From Geosiphon pyriformis uo1 (taxonomy: Eukaryota; Fungi; Glomeromycota): a stretch of 20,523 bases of DNA. The number at the start of each line of letters is the position of its first letter. Position 1 is the first letter of the stretch. Position numbers and translations under genes: made by a program. Below, one piece after another: positions 8,247 through 20,523 of this stretch. The notes beneath the pieces are model-generated. The model saw only the letters and a program-made list of their open reading frames with translations, ran no database searches and was not told where the DNA came from. The DNA lies in assembly GCA_016748015.1 (NCBI GenBank), contig JAAOMT010000460.1:4973-25495 (forward strand), given 5' to 3'.

Positions 8247-9266
8247 TTTTGAATATTTGTATTTTCCACTTTTGGGTCTTTAGGGGAAAAGTTTAAAAGG
8301 TTGTAAAAGATGAGTAGAATCAGTTTATGAAGAGCGTGTGAGTTGAAAGTCGTTCCTTGTTTGGTATAGGTGGGGAAACTAATTAAACTATCGACAAAAA
8401 TATTGTTATTGGTTTTTTTTTATTGTTGTTGTTGTTGTTGTTGTTGGATGCAATTTTTTGACGTTTCGGTTCCTGTCCGTCTTTTTTTTATTATTGCTGG
8501 CTTTTCTTTCCTTCTTTAGTCGGAAAAAAATAAGGGTAATAAGGTAGCAAGTGAAGTGAAGTGAAGTGGAAGGGAGGACGGTGGATGTTTTGAATAATTT
8601 TTCGAGATTTGATTAAGAGATGAAAATGAGGAAACTTTTTTTTTTTTTACAAAAATTGGCCGAACGAAGATGATGATAATGAAGAAGAAGGTGATGATGA
8701 TGATGATGATGATGCAAAAAAATTATAAGAAAAAATGAAGTGCGAGTGCTCAATTTTTATAGTTTTTTGTTTTCTATTGTCTGATGTCAAAAAGATAATT
8801 TTTTAGCGGAAAAAAAAAAAGCACAGACAAAGTTACTTTTTTTAAAATCTTGGATTCGTGTGTTAAAAGCTTTTTTCAAGTTACACTTGATCTTACTAAT
8901 CGAGCACTAGTCTACTTTTCACGTGATTAGGAAAGAGATATTTGAAGCTTGCTTTTTACGAATATGATAAAGTAATAATTTTTAAATTTTTATACTTCTC
9001 AAAGAGGCTGTGAGGTTTTTTATAAGAAATATGAACTTGATTTATAGTAAAGCCGAATCTCTAGCGTAAATTAAATTTTTGTATATAGTTGATAAACAAT
9101 ATAAAGGAATAATAAAAATAAAGTAAGCTAAATTAAAATGAAGTAAAAGTAAAGTAAAGTAAAGTAAAGTAAAGTAAAGTAAAGTAAAGTAAAAGTAAAA
9201 ATAAAAATAAAAATAAAAGTAAAAGTAAAAGTAAAGAAATAAAAGAAAACTTTATTTTAGTATATT
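8247..9266 (-). promoter_or_regulatory. putative long 5' leader / proximal promoter of areA-like gene
   Basis: No sense-strand ATG for 1,020 nt. Sense-strand CAA, CACTT and CAT repeats and pyrimidine tracts. TATAAA candidates at about 8761, 8994, 9024 and 9046. TCACGTGA at 8919-8926. Confidence 0.5.
9141..9235. repeat. (AAAGT)n grading into (AAAAAT/AAAAGT)n
   Basis: Directly visible. Confidence 0.9.
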
Positions 9267-9403
9267 CATTTCAAATTAAATTTATACATTTTTCCGAGCC
9301 TGATTTGTTTGTAAAGGATTGTATTCTCAGATTGAATTCAAGAATAATTAACTTCAACCACTAGACACTTTGTTACATTTTCTTTGAATTAAGGAGAAGA
9401 GCG

Positions 9404-9441
<38 letters not shown>

Positions 9442-9548
9442 GGAGAGAGAGAGGTCAAAAAAAATAAAGCAAAGCGAATATGTATGTATGTATGTATGCA
9501 TGTATGTTTGTATGTATGTATGTATGTGTGTGTGTGTGTGTATATATA
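9404..9548. repeat. poly-A, (GA)n, (TATG)n, (TG)n, (TA)n cluster
   Basis: Directly visible. Confidence 0.85.
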
Positions 9549-10199
9549 AATTGTATTGTATACCTTGATGATCCTCGAATACCCGCTTTATTTAAAACAT
9601 AAATAAAAAATAATATAGACTAACGTCCCCAACAAAAAAGTATTGATATCTAACCAACCAAATTCAACCACCCAACCTCCCAACCAACCCAAAAAACTCG
9701 TCATTTGATATTCCAGAAACCGGGTTTCAGGATAGCAACAAGAAAGAGAATTAGGGTATAGTATGCGAGATCGAGATTTCAAATTAAACAGGAATCATAA
9801 AGAAATATATATATATACATTAAGAAATAAAGAAAGAAGTGATATTAGGATTTCAAGAGAGAGAGAGAGAGGAGAGATAATGAAAAATTATTATCCTAAA
9901 CTTTTAAAAATTTTTTAGAAATACCTATTTTTTAACATGTGAAAGTTTAGAATGAAAAAAAAAAAAAAAAAATAATTTACTTTATTATTATTATTATTAT
10001 TCTATTAAGGTCAATCTTACACGATCCAAATAGGATATATTGGAAAAACAATTTTGGAACTAAAAAAAGAAATAAAAAAAATTTCTTGCTTAGGCAATAG
10101 ACAGGGGGGTGGGGGAGGAATAATCATGATTCTCAAGAAAGACGTGTGAATCTTGAAAGATATAATTAAGAATACTGTTATTATGATTTTCATTATTGT

Positions 10200-10307
10200 T
10201 ACTACTATTACTATTACTATTACTATTACTATTACTATTACTATTACTATTACTATTACAATCACTATTGCTATTACTAAATTTATTACTATTCCTATTA
10301 CTATTAC

Positions 10308-10364
<57 letters not shown>

Positions 10365-10411
10365 TATATTACTATTATTATATATTATTATTATTATTAT
10401 TATTATTATTA
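10200..10411. repeat. (TATTAC)n followed by (TAT)n
   Basis: Directly visible. Confidence 0.9.
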
Positions 10412-11080
10412 AATAAAAAATTTTTATATAAGCACCTTGAAAAAAAAAAGGACACTCCTTTCTAGTCTTAGGTTTGGTGAAAAAATATATATATATATAA
10501 TCAATTATTCAATAAAATAAAATAAAAGCATAATTAATAAAAAACAAAATCGTTCGAAATTATTGACGGTGAAAAGAATTATGTAAGTATATCAATATTT
10601 TAGCCCGAAAAAGGTTCATGTGTTTTTTTGTGTGTTGAAAATATTTTCATGTTTGGAAAAAGAAAAATGTAATTATCAGAAGCAATTAAGATTAACAATA
10701 TGTTGAAATCTATGTGAATGGTAGATGTGTGTTCGAGAATTCACGCTAAAGACAGGTTCATATCATCATCATCATCATCATCATCATCACATTTTTTCCA
10801 TGAATTATTCTCACTCCTGCTCATTTATTTTGAGAAAAAAATCAGAATCAAAATCAAAAATCAAAAATCAAACTTTCTAGCAATGGATCACGGCATGGAG
10901 CAAACAGATTTTCATTTCACAATACCTAAAACTAGATTATGATCGATCATGATTGAGAAATCTAATATAAACCTGTCAAAAAATGATCAGAATTACGAAT
11001 CATTGATTCTTAATGCCAATATTTGCATGCAAAAAAATAATAATAACAATTTGGAAGAAACATTTCAATTTTCAGCTTGG

Positions 11081-11103
11081 ATCAATAAATCAATAAATCA
11101 ATA

Positions 11104-11134
<31 letters not shown>

Positions 11135-11137
11135 CAA
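11081..11137. repeat. (ATCAATAA)/(ATCA)n array
   Basis: Directly visible. Confidence 0.85.
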
Positions 11138-11486
11138 CTTGTAATCGGTTGAATTTGATTAATCTAAAAGCTGCAACCCGAATCGATATTCACTTATAAA
11201 TGAACCTCACTTTTAAATATAAAAAAAAAGGTCACATATGCAAAACCAAGAAAAGAAGAAATTTTTAGCCGGAGACTTATCGGACCAATTTCCAAAACAA
11301 AATTTTTCCATAAAAAGTTATCCTTTTTTTGGAAAAGAAATACACTCATTCACGGTGCCCATCGATGATCAAAAAAAGCCACGTTGATTCAGGTTTCATG
11401 ATACTTTAAAGGTCGGACGATGTTTCAGAAATCTCATGTCCATTGCACATTTTACTTTTTTTCTTTTTTTTTTTTTTTTTTTTTTC

Positions 11487-11813
11487 NNNNNNNNNNNNNN
11501 NNNNNNNNNNNNNNNNNNNNNNNNNNNNNNNNNNNNNNNNNNNNNNNNNNNNNNNNNNNNNNNNNNNNNNNNNNNNNNNNNNNNNNNNNNNNNNNNNNNN
11601 NNNNNNNNNNNNNNNNNNNNNNNNNNNNNNNNNNNNNNNNNNNNNNNNNNNNNNNNNNNNNNNNNNNNNNNNNNNNNNNNNNNNNNNNNNNNNNNNNNNN
11701 NNNNNNNNNNNNNNNNNNNNNNNNNNNNNNNNNNNNNNNNNNNNNNNNNNNNNNNNNNNNNNNNNNNNNNNNNNNNNNNNNNNNNNNNNNNNNNNNNNNN
11801 NNNNNNNNNNNNN
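11487..11813. other. assembly gap (other gaps: 425-444, 954-1046, 14262-14617, 14881-15068, 19836-20032)
   Basis: N-runs, most flanked by homopolymers or microsatellites. Total 1,181 N. Confidence 0.99.
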
Positions 11814-12364
11814 TTTTTTTTCAAACAATGAGCTTTTTTCAAGAGCAAAAATTCTCAAATAAAACAAATTTTGTATTCTGGTATCTCTTTACAAGGCAAT
11901 ATCACTGCTAAAAAAACCCCTTTTTTTTTGACAAAAATTTCAAACTAACCGAATAAGAAAAAGGTGGCAGTTTTTTGAAGGAAAATCTCAAATATTCCTC
12001 ATACCTTTTTTCGTATTAATTGTTCTTTCATACATCTATGTATATTTTCCAGTGTACCAAATATTTTATCAATAAATAAAGAAAATTCAAAATCGAAACT
12101 TATCTAATGATATATATTTAATAAATGTGAAATATATATATACATTGTCCAACTTATCGAAAAAAAAAACATGTACCAATACATTGACATTGTACATTTA
12201 TTTAAATATGCTAATATATAACAATATTCCAATAATTTATTTATTTATTTTAATATACAGAGAACGAGTTAAAGAAAAATCAAAAAAAGTACCTTTTCAA
12301 TAATTAGAAGAATGGGACAAAACGAAACGAGAGACAAGAAAGAACGGGAGGGGACACCCTTGTT

Positions 12365-12454
12365 TCATCATCAATATCATCAATATCATCATCATCATCA
12401 TAATCATCAACATCATAATCATCATAATCATCAACATCATTCTCATCATCAACA
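12365..12454. repeat. degenerate (TCA)n array
   Basis: Directly visible. Gives an Asp-rich pseudo-ORF on the minus strand. Confidence 0.85.
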
Positions 12455-13657
12455 TGCGTTTTCCAGTTGATGTCTATAATTGATGGTGGATGATTTTTGG
12501 CTTGATAAGGTTTATTTGTTACATAAAAAAGATGGGGACTAAAAAAAAATTTCTTTCTGTTCTCGGTAAAACTTGGAAACAAACATTTTTTCAATCCTTC
12601 AAAAAAATATTTCTCTTAAAATATCCGAAAATAAGGTTTAACTGCTGCCATTAAGGTGAGACGGAATGGGTAAAGGAAATTCAGCAGGGTGAATCAACCA
12701 TTTTTGACAATTGAAAAATATAAACAAAATATTAGCCATAACTTTTTTCTTTAGTAAGTTTGAGTGTGGAGAAGTTGATAAGAAAACTTTTTTAAATTTA
12801 ATAATATTATGAATTTCCTATTCTGCCTCGATCTGTTCAAAATTTCAGTAAGTTTGAGACAAATGTTTAACAGTGATGCTGGATTTTCTTTTAATTTCCA
12901 CATGTCAAGTTTCCAATCTTTAGAAAATATAATAGAATCCACATGTTGATTTTTTGAAACTAGTGTGACAATCCTGTTGTCTTTTGATCAAGAGGATTGA
13001 ATAATTGTAACCTGATTGTATGTATTCAGTTTTTAACCCCTGTTTCTAGGACAACTGGGGAGTTTTTTTTGAACATAAACGCAAGGGATCATAAGAATAC
13101 TTTTTTTTTTTCTTTTTTTTTTTTTCCAATTAATTTCACCGGGGAATTAGAATTAGAAAGTAGGAAATTTAAAAAAATTCAATATAATTAGTACTTCGAG
13201 TACTGGTTATTATGTGACATGTAAATTTCGTTGAAAAAAATATGCGTTTAAATTCCCCTCACGGAACACGAGAGATCGAATCCGGTTGCTCCCTAAGAGA
13301 CGCTTTTATCTTTACAATCACAATATCAATTATTTTATTTTATTTGTTAATCGTTGATGCTATCAAATCAGTAATCAGAAAATCATTCCATAATAGGTAT
13401 GTAAATAATTAATCCGTAAAAAAAATAATAATACACACATTTATTGGGAAAAAAAAGACGGTTACTTTGGTATATTTAGTTTAATCTTTTTTACTCATAC
13501 ACATGACGCTTTTTTTTTTTAAAGTTTTATTGTTTGTATACTTTAACTTTTTTTGGATGATGCATGCTTAATTGTTTTTTTTTAATGCGTTTGAAATCGA
13601 TAAAAAATAGAGAATTTTTAAAAGATTATGTAATTTAAATACTTGAAATACTATATG

Positions 13658-13725
13658 GTTGTTGTTGTTGTTGTTGTTATTATTATTATTATTTTTTATT
13701 GTTGTTATTATTATTATTTTTATTG
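13658..13725. repeat. (GTT)n/(ATT)n compound microsatellite
   Basis: Directly visible. Confidence 0.8.
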
Positions 13726-14617
13726 ATTATTTATGAGGGGGATTTTTCTGTTAGAGATATTACGTACAGATATTTTGTTATTATTGACCGAGAGAAACTT
13801 TTTTAAATTTTTGAGAAAATTTTTAACAGAAGAGGAGAAAGTAGTATTGGTATTATCATTATTTGAATCTTTTTAGTAAAGAAAAAATAATCTTTTCTTT
13901 TAGTGATCTGTTGTTGTTGTTGTTAAAAAAAAGATTCTTTTTTCTTCAAGGAGCACATACACCACACGCAAAACACATACATGCACACACACACACACAG
14001 TTACATATACGTATACACACAGAATGAATATCAAAATTTTCTTTCGTTTCAAAAATTTTTTTTACAATTGACAAATAAATTTTGATAAAAGTAAAAAAAA
14101 GTCCAAGTTTCTTTTCAAAGAATTGTAAATTGTTTTTTCAAGATTCGAAACTATAATTAGTGTGTGTGTCAAATGACTCCTGCAAGTGAAACGTCACAGC
14201 ATGTAAAAAAAAAAAATCAAGTCATCATGAAAATACCAAAAGAAAAAATGAGGGGGGGGGGNNNNNNNNNNNNNNNNNNNNNNNNNNNNNNNNNNNNNNN
14301 NNNNNNNNNNNNNNNNNNNNNNNNNNNNNNNNNNNNNNNNNNNNNNNNNNNNNNNNNNNNNNNNNNNNNNNNNNNNNNNNNNNNNNNNNNNNNNNNNNNN
14401 NNNNNNNNNNNNNNNNNNNNNNNNNNNNNNNNNNNNNNNNNNNNNNNNNNNNNNNNNNNNNNNNNNNNNNNNNNNNNNNNNNNNNNNNNNNNNNNNNNNN
14501 NNNNNNNNNNNNNNNNNNNNNNNNNNNNNNNNNNNNNNNNNNNNNNNNNNNNNNNNNNNNNNNNNNNNNNNNNNNNNNNNNNNNNNNNNNNNNNNNNNNN
14601 NNNNNNNNNNNNNNNNN

Positions 14618-14656
<39 letters not shown>

Positions 14657-15180
14657 GATGCATAAATTCAAGATGCATAAACAATCAACATAGTTTCATT
14701 TAGTTTCAACTGAAATCAAGGTTAACTTCCCCGCTAACAATTTCAAACATTTAAAAAATATTGTTTCTTTCCCCTCTCTCAGCTCTTTTGAAAACTTCCT
14801 AATTTATCAATTGAAAGAACTATTTTTCCCCTTAGGATGAAAGAGAAACTTTACAAAAGCAAAAAGTGAAAATAATCTTCNNNNNNNNNNNNNNNNNNNN
14901 NNNNNNNNNNNNNNNNNNNNNNNNNNNNNNNNNNNNNNNNNNNNNNNNNNNNNNNNNNNNNNNNNNNNNNNNNNNNNNNNNNNNNNNNNNNNNNNNNNNN
15001 NNNNNNNNNNNNNNNNNNNNNNNNNNNNNNNNNNNNNNNNNNNNNNNNNNNNNNNNNNNNNNNNNNNNCATCCCACACCAGCTTACTCCCTTTGTATATT
15101 TGGCTAGAAAAATGTGATGATGAAAAACGGCAATAATAACGCCCAAAAAGAAAACAATTGATTTCAGTTTGTTGTACTTT

Positions 15181-15389
15181 TATCATCATCAACATGATCA
15201 TAATCATAATTATAATTATAATCATAATCATCATAATCATCATCATCATCATCATCATCTCATTACTCCTATTGCTAATGGTAATAAGAAAAAATCAAAG
15301 TTTATCGTTCGTTCCTGATCCATGCAATACCCGCGCACTAAATACTCAAAATATGCCGGGAAAAAAAACCGTGCATATTGAAAGCTTGG

Positions 15390-15454
<65 letters not shown>

Positions 15455-15557
15455 CGCTTAAAAAAGTATCTAATTGAAAAAAGGAAGTTTAATCAGCCCT
15501 CATGCGTGAGACTATAGAGTCAGCCGAAAATGAGTTTCACACGATAAATAAAACAAC

Positions 15558-15601
<44 letters not shown>
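15181..15601. repeat. (ATC/ATA)n 15181-15259, poly-A 15394-15452, (CAA)n about 15553-15600
   Basis: Directly visible. Confidence 0.85.
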
Positions 15602-16245
15602 AAAAATAAAATTGTAAATTTTTTTTCAATCCCATCTTTACCCAAAGTCAATTTTTCCAAGATAACGTGTCGTTAAAACAGATTTTGATTTATTGATTAC
15701 TTGCATCTTTTAAACAACAGCTAAAAAACTGTAGAGTTCATGGTTACCCTTTAAAGTGTCAAGGAACCTTGTAAACAAGTAAACAAGCAAACAAACAAAA
15801 ATAATGTTAATATGCATACCAACTACTTTTCTGGTAGGTTTATAGCTCTATGCACAATCTAATTGAAAAGAGGTAATTCGAGAAAATAAGTTCAATTTTC
15901 TGACTAAAAATGACCTGTTCATTTAATGAAATTGTAATATATATATAAACTTTTTTTAACCAAGAAACTCGAAAAGAATATTTTTTTTTTTTAGAAAAAA
16001 TCATTTTCACCTACCAATTCATTAATTTTTAAAGATTAAAATGTGTCACATTAACATTAATCAAGATTCAGAAAAGAACCCTTTCAACAATCCAAAATTG
16101 TCTGATTGAAAATCTTTTGTAAAGAGCTTTGGATTCTTTTGTTAATTACGATATCAGAAGTTGAGAAACAAATTAATCATATTCATTTTCTCATTATGTA
16201 ATCAAGTTCAAGGAGGTTAAAATCTGATATATAATACCCATTTTC

Positions 16246-16367
16246 GTTTCTGGTTCTGTTCCTGTTTCTGGTTCTAGTTCCTGTTCCTGTTTCTGGTTTT
16301 GGTTTTGGTTTTGGTTTTGGTTTTGGTTTTGGTTTTGGTTTTGGTTTTGGTTTTGGTTCCTGTTTCT
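16246..16367. repeat. hexamer array GTTYCT/GGTTCT with a (GGTTTT)10 core at 16295-16354
   Basis: Directly visible. Confidence 0.9.
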
Positions 16368-16686
16368 ATTATGCTTAGGTAAATGAGAAAATTCATGAAA
16401 GCGATATGGGGCTAAATTTCGATCACGCGTTACCATAATCTTGAAATTGGAAAAAAGTTATTATCATGGTCTCAGATAGCTACTCTGCTCTATTTTAGCA
16501 ATGAGAGTTAAATGAAATTTTTCAGAGAAATCGACGTGCAGATGATTACTATGTATTATAATTTTTGTAGACTCTTTCTATGCATCTTTAAGGTTCATGT
16601 GAAACATCAAAGATGAATATGATTTTTGAACTATTTCTAGGAAATCTTTAAAATTTGATTGGTTCTCATCTAATATTTTATTTTAC

Positions 16687-16707
16687 ATAATAATAATAAT
16701 AATAATA

Positions 16708-16730
<23 letters not shown>
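16687..16730. repeat. head-to-head (TAA)n/(TTA)n, 44-bp perfect palindrome
   Basis: Centre between 16708 and 16709. Confidence 0.85.
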
Positions 16731-16739
<9 letters not shown>

Positions 16740-18106
16740 GAGATCATGGAAATTTTATTAATGTATTCGTTGGGTTCCCAAATTTTTTTGATTTCCTTTT
16801 CTGATAGACTTGAGGTTGATCTAATTAAACCTTATTTTTTTAAGTTTTAAGATCCTTCTAATTAGTATCGATCTTATCCCTTCCTAGGTACAAATAAAAT
16901 GATTTTTAAACAATAATTGAGAATAATTTCCATATATATTAAATAATAAAATTTCTATCGAAAATTATTTCGATAAAAAAAAGAAAAAGAAAAAAATAGG
17001 TCTAGGAATCTATAAGAAGACATTTAATTACCGATAACGATGAAACAGTAATTTTAAAATAAAAAATAAAATTTTTTTTTTCTATTAGATTTAATAATAA
17101 TTTTCCGAAATTTTTTAATTTTTTTCAAAAATGTAATCGAAAAATGAATCTAGAAGAGACGTTGGGTGTGACTTTAATTTTTGTAGTATTTCACATTCTA
17201 ATATGGCATTTTTTGACACCATATGCTAGTTTCACAGGTGGTAAAAATTAAATTTTATTATTATTATTTTTAAATCACAATTAAAAACTTGTTTGAAAAA
17301 TTTAAGGAATGAAAAAAAAAAAGTTTCGGAAAATATATTAAAAATAAAAATTGAAAGAAATTTCCTTTTAAAAATTTTAATAAAATTCATTTTTTTATTT
17401 TATTTTAAGATTATAATTATTATAAATAAAAACAATAGAATCAATACAATTCTGAATTAAAAATTAAAAATTAAAAATTTTCAAATAATCAATCTTATAA
17501 TTGTTAAAAACTTTTTAGCTAAACAATTTTTTAAAATTTTAAAATTAATGATGCAATTGAAAAGAAAGAATTCAATAAAAATTTTTGTTCAATAATTTCA
17601 GCCGAATATATTATTGATTGATTGATTGATTGAATGCTTTCTTTGTGTTCAGATGATAAAATTTTATTTCGGGGTCCAAGTTGCGCGCGCACTATCACAA
17701 ATAAACATCTACCAGTAAATATATTTTACTTATATATTACGACAGATAACAACATGAAAAATGACATCACTCGTATTCTTAATTGTTGGGATGTAGAATG
17801 TATGGCATAATGACATGTTGATATCACAATCGTAAGGACAAAATAAAAAAAACTTTTTCACAGACTGTACAAACATAAGGTAGAGAATAATATTTGGAAA
17901 TTTAAAATAATTTTTTTTTGGTAACCTCACAAAATTATGGTTTAAAAATTGGGGATATATTCTGTAAAAGTTTTTTTTTTTAATATAATATCACTTTTTT
18001 ATTTATTTATTTTATTTTTTTTTGCGTTTTACAACATCTTCGTCTCCATATTTCGTAATTGATTCATGCACCATCTTAACGGTTGAATTCCCGCATAAAT
18101 CTCTGA

Positions 18107-18138
<32 letters not shown>

Positions 18139-18304
18139 CATAATGATGACAAACGATCATAATATGTATATGTATCACGACTGCAATTTCAAACCTTTGA
18201 AATACCCGAAAATATGCCTAACAACCTTAAAAAAAATTTCTAATCCACGGTTAATGTAACACACACAAACAACACTTATACTGGACATAAAAAACCTTTA
18301 GTAA

Positions 18305-18350
18305 ATTATTTTTATTATTTTTATTATTTTTATTATTTTTATTATTTTTT
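18305..18350. repeat. (ATTATTTTT)n 9-mer, about 5 copies
   Basis: Directly visible. Confidence 0.8.
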
Positions 18351-19306
18351 AACAAATACTCAGATGGTGAAACAAGATTAATGTTGCATAATGCAGGGCG
18401 AAAATTTTTTGTGTGCCTAACGCCTCATTGAGTAAAATGACTGGTTTCAATTATACGGATTTTAGTTTCTCAACATTTTTTTTTTTTTTACTATTTCATT
18501 GATCTACATAATACATCCCAAGAAAGTGGTAAAAATTACGTGTTACATGTAATTTTTGTACCATATAAACTGAATATGACATTTAATTTGAAATTATTTA
18601 TTGAATTTTTTGATGCAAAAATTAAAAATTAAAAATATCAAAATCAATTATTATTGGATTTCATAAAATTCTATTAATTGAAATTTGTTCGATCTAGGAG
18701 AAATATGAATATATTTTTTGAATCTTAAAAAAAGTTGATCTTGAAAGCTTCGTCATTCAAAGATCAAACCAACAATTTTTAAAGTTTTATAACCTATCCC
18801 AGTTTTTTGTAAAAAGAGTCAGTTGATTGATTGATTGATTGATTTTTTTATTTTTTCAATAAAATATTTTAAATAACTCTTTCAATTTATGCTTACCCAA
18901 TTATGAAAGAGATTTTCTCTCAATGAATTTTTTCCTATTCTAAATGTAAAAATCACGGCAGGGTACGAATTTCTGACTATATATGTATATGATAAGCAAG
19001 TTTTCTGAACATCATCCAACCTTTTCTAGATTGATTTGCTTATTCATTGGTAGGCAAAAAAAAAGGAAATGAATAACAAAAACTAAAGGGAGCAATAGCC
19101 AACAAAAAACTTTTTTAATTAATTTGAAATTTAGTCGACTTAGAAGGTTCCATCAATAAGGATTGGGCCACAAAGTATTAAAAAGGTGAAATAATGACAT
19201 CAAAAATTGTATTCTTTTTAGAACTCGGGTACTTCTACAAAAGACTAAAAACTTGAAGCGTTCAGAAAACAAAATAATTAATAATTTTAAAAAAAAATCT
19301 CACCAA

Positions 19307-19343
<37 letters not shown>

Positions 19344-20523
19344 GATTATCAAAAAAAAAACTTGCTCTACCAAGCTAACTCTTCGTTCAGAATTAAACGT
19401 ATTATCCATTTGTTAACGGTATATATTGTTCCAAACATTTAAAAAAAAAAAAAAAAGCGTCATCCTGCAAAGGAAGTTTAAATACATATAACCGCTTTTG
19501 GTTGAATGAATTTGAGATCATTTTTTGAATTGAAGAGTTCTTTGAAATTTTTAATTGTAGTAACAAGAAAAGTAATTTCAAAGTTTGGAAAACCTAACGC
19601 AGAGTGAATCATCACATTCCTTTAAAAGAAATTTATCTATCATCCCACATGGAAATCATTCTTTTCCCGTTGGAAGTAATTTTTTTTATCAAGAATAATT
19701 AAATTATTATTTTTTCATTAAAGATGCATATAAAGTGCTTTTAAGTGTACCTTTTTGGGAAATATTAATTTAGTTTGGATTAGAATTTTTTAATTTTCAT
19801 TTTCATTTTCATTTTTTTTTTTTTTTTTTTTTTTTNNNNNNNNNNNNNNNNNNNNNNNNNNNNNNNNNNNNNNNNNNNNNNNNNNNNNNNNNNNNNNNNN
19901 NNNNNNNNNNNNNNNNNNNNNNNNNNNNNNNNNNNNNNNNNNNNNNNNNNNNNNNNNNNNNNNNNNNNNNNNNNNNNNNNNNNNNNNNNNNNNNNNNNNN
20001 NNNNNNNNNNNNNNNNNNNNNNNNNNNNNNNNATTAAGGTCAAAAAAATAAATAAATAAATAAATGTTTTTTATTATTTGTGTCAAGGAATTGAAACAAA
20101 TAAATATTCTGAAAATAGTTGAACATATGCATACAAATTAAAACAACCCACTTTCAAAAAGTTGATCATAATATTAAAAATTAATTTTGGCTGAAAACTG
20201 GTGACTTTTTTAATTTTTTATAATTTTTTTTTATTCTTTTTATTTTTATTTTTTTGAAATAAACTCACTAAACAATGAACTTTTACCCATTATTGGGTGA
20301 TCGAGTAAAAAACCCTGCAAATTTTGCAATGGTTTTGTTTAGATCAGAATCTTTTTACCATTTTTAAAGGGAATAAATATTTTTTTCTTAAAGTCCAGAC
20401 CAATAACTAAATTGATTATTCAATTAATCAAAAAAAGGAAGGGAATTGATTTTTTTTATCAAAGCCTCAAGTGGAATCGAAATAAATTTTTTTTTTTCAT
20501 AGATTATTAATTTTAAACTTAAC

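Noticed and set aside
13255-13303. GC-richer island with a B-box-like GATCGAATC (13274-13282), possible tRNA or SINE
   Set aside because: The T-stem does not pair and I see no A-box or cloverleaf. tRNAscan-SE would be decisive.
16295-16356. True or interstitial telomere
   Set aside because: The unit is not TTAGGG, the array is internal, and it grades into related non-telomeric hexamers.
17682-17691. TGCGCGCGCA palindrome (and ACGCGT near 16425) as regulatory sites
   Set aside because: Isolated short motifs with no linked gene visible in the window.
9588-20086. All ORF-track entries upstream of the gene
   Set aside because: They span N-gaps, homopolymers or simple repeats, or are short AT-rich chance ORFs with no recognisable motif.
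1-20523. CRISPR arrays, transposase/RT remnants, rRNA or tRNA genes
   Set aside because: No repeat-spacer structure, transposon coding motifs or RNA-gene signatures were seen.

Overview
Very AT-rich, microsatellite-dense eukaryotic (fungal) scaffold with six N-gaps. The composition and gene architecture suggest an early-diverging fungus (Mucoromycota/Glomeromycotina-like), which is inference only. I can support one protein-coding gene: a five-exon, minus-strand AreA/NIT2/Gat1-type nitrogen-regulatory GATA transcription factor, join(8246..7801, 7688..7127, 7008..6810, 6727..5654, 5558..4822), 3018 nt, 1005 aa. It has an N-terminal DUF1752 motif, one C-x2-C-x17-C-x2-C finger and poly-S/N/Q/H tracts. 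The most unusual signal is intron 4 (5559-5653), which looks like former coding sequence converted into an intron. It is 95 nt (96 minus 1) and exon-like in GC, and it reads as a continuous peptide broken by two TGA stops and a 1-nt deletion. Its splice sites lie inside ordinary codons, and retaining it would end the protein just after the DNA-binding domain. The 1,020 nt upstream of the start codon contain no sense-strand ATG. About 12 kb upstream and 4.8 kb downstream hold no credible gene, only simple repeats, palindromes and gaps.
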